NCBI GenBank assembly: GCA_026025075.1
Contig: JAPEUI010000016.1
Coordinates: 1-64,000 of the forward strand
Origin: Vezdaea acicularis
Taxonomy: Eukaryota
DNA: 64,000 bases
Reading direction: 5' to 3'
Below are positions 62,596 through 64,000 of this stretch, one piece after another (positions within the stretch are counted from its first letter, which is position 1; each line of letters opens with the position of its first letter). The notes beneath the pieces are model-generated. The model saw only the letters and a program-made list of their open reading frames with translations. It ran no database searches and was not told the DNA's origin. Made by a program: the position numbers and the translations under genes.

Positions 62596-64000
62596 ATGAA
62601 CGAAGATGGCACGAAGATGGCGTCGATCGTTGTAGCGCGCGTCATACCTATAGTCCTTGCAGCAATTGTAGTCTATTCAACATGGTCATTCACCTCACCG
62701 TTATGTGGTAAAGATCCGAGCCTCGATCCAACATGATCGATGAAGCGTACTAATACCGTTCAGTTCATTATCTCCTGCGGCCCTCTCCAGCTTCAGGTCG
62801 TGTTCCGAGGACCAGCATAGCAATAGGCCTTCTTGTGGGGCTCTACATCCTCCTGATAGTCATGGTTATTACTTACATCCGGCTATTTGTTGAAATTCTG
62901 ATTAACCCGGGCTATATCCCCCGGTCCGCGCGATGGTACAAAAGAGCAGAGGATGAGCGGGAAAGTAGATCGCGTAAGAAGCACAGTAAAAGATTCAAAG
63001 GCAATCATCTCGTGCTCAGGGATAAGCAAAAAGACGCTGTACAGGAACCCGATTTGGAACTGGGCCATGGACATCAAATGCGAAGACACAGTCATGAGTC
63101 TAGAGAGCCCGTCTCACTTTGGCCGGATTTGAACGCTCCACCTCCAGGTATTGAACGGTTTTATGAGAAAGATGTGTTTGTCTGTGAGGCTACTGGTCGC
63201 CCTATTTGGTGCCATTATTGTCTTGAATGGAAATCCGACCGAGCACATCATAATAGCGAATCTGACCGGTGCGTCAGGAAGCTTGATCATTTCTGCCCAT
63301 GGTAATATACTTCTCTTTCCCTAAATCTCTGCGTACTTTTCAGTCCGCTCTTACGCCTGGAGGCCGTGAAAATTACTTTGCTTTTTCCTAGATACAGCTA
63401 CGTGACGTAAGCTTCATTCATTTGGCAGCGGCAAAGACTAACCACAGTCTGCAACAGGGTGGGAGGCGTCCTCAGTGAGACCTCATTCAAATACTTCATA
63501 CAATTCACGACGAGCGCAGCCTTGTTTTGCTTATACGTAATGGTTGTTTTCTCCACTTTTATCGCCGAACGTGCCCACCATGTAGGTTCCCTAGCTTTCT
63601 GATCAAACTCGTCTAAACCTCCCCTGTCCCATAAGGTGTGGGGGCCCAAAGCACTGCCGAAAATGGCGTTTGTCAGCGTTTTGGGTCTCGCCCTTCTGAG
63701 CCAGGCTGAGCGGAAGCCCTAGCACAATGTGAACGAGTTTATTCTAACGTCAGTTGATGGAATACTCTCAGTCTGATCTCTCAATTTCCCGATATCTTTG
63801 CCCCTTCTCCGCTTTCATCAACGCTTTGCTTGCTGCTTGATACAGCATATGTTGAATCGTTTTAAGATCATCAAATCCATCTTCGTTCATGACGAAGATG
63901 GCAAGCTTGGGCACTACTAACTAACAGGGTTTATAGGCATCCTTTCCTAGCGCTCACTGGATTGTAGCGCTTGTCTTGTAGGTTTGACGCTCCTTACTTT
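62596..64000 (+). CDS. DHHC palmitoyltransferase (Pfa5-like), 3' end outside window
   Basis: DVFVCE..GRPIWCHYC..WKSDRAHH.SE..RCVRKLDHFCPW then VGGVLSETSFKYF after an intron; N-terminal TM helices. Confidence 0.9.

Overview
Filamentous ascomycete (Pezizomycotina-type) nuclear DNA with short GT-AG introns and CTRAC branch sites. The left ~24 kb is an accessory-looking compartment: an NLR gene, solo LTRs, transposon remnants and pseudogenes. The right ~40 kb is mostly housekeeping genes: TBC Rab-GAP, DIP5-like permease pseudogene, KP4-like secreted protein, RhoGEF, SOD1, Tudor-SN, TAL1, AlkB-like dioxygenase, WBP1, complex I 9.5 kDa subunit and a DHHC palmitoyltransferase. The standout feature is the 80-bp 'tandem repeat' at 1-4143. 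On the minus strand each unit is a complete ~77-nt spliceosomal intron (GTAAGT...GCTRAC...YAG) plus a variable 3-nt exon. The array starts at a phase-0 donor in the ankyrin region of a patatin-NACHT-ankyrin fungal NLR gene. At least 51 single-codon microexons (16 codons, 12 amino acids, no stops) are visible before the array runs off the window. This suggests splicing-based and recombination-based diversification of an immune receptor's sensing surface. All calls are by eye; no database searches were run.
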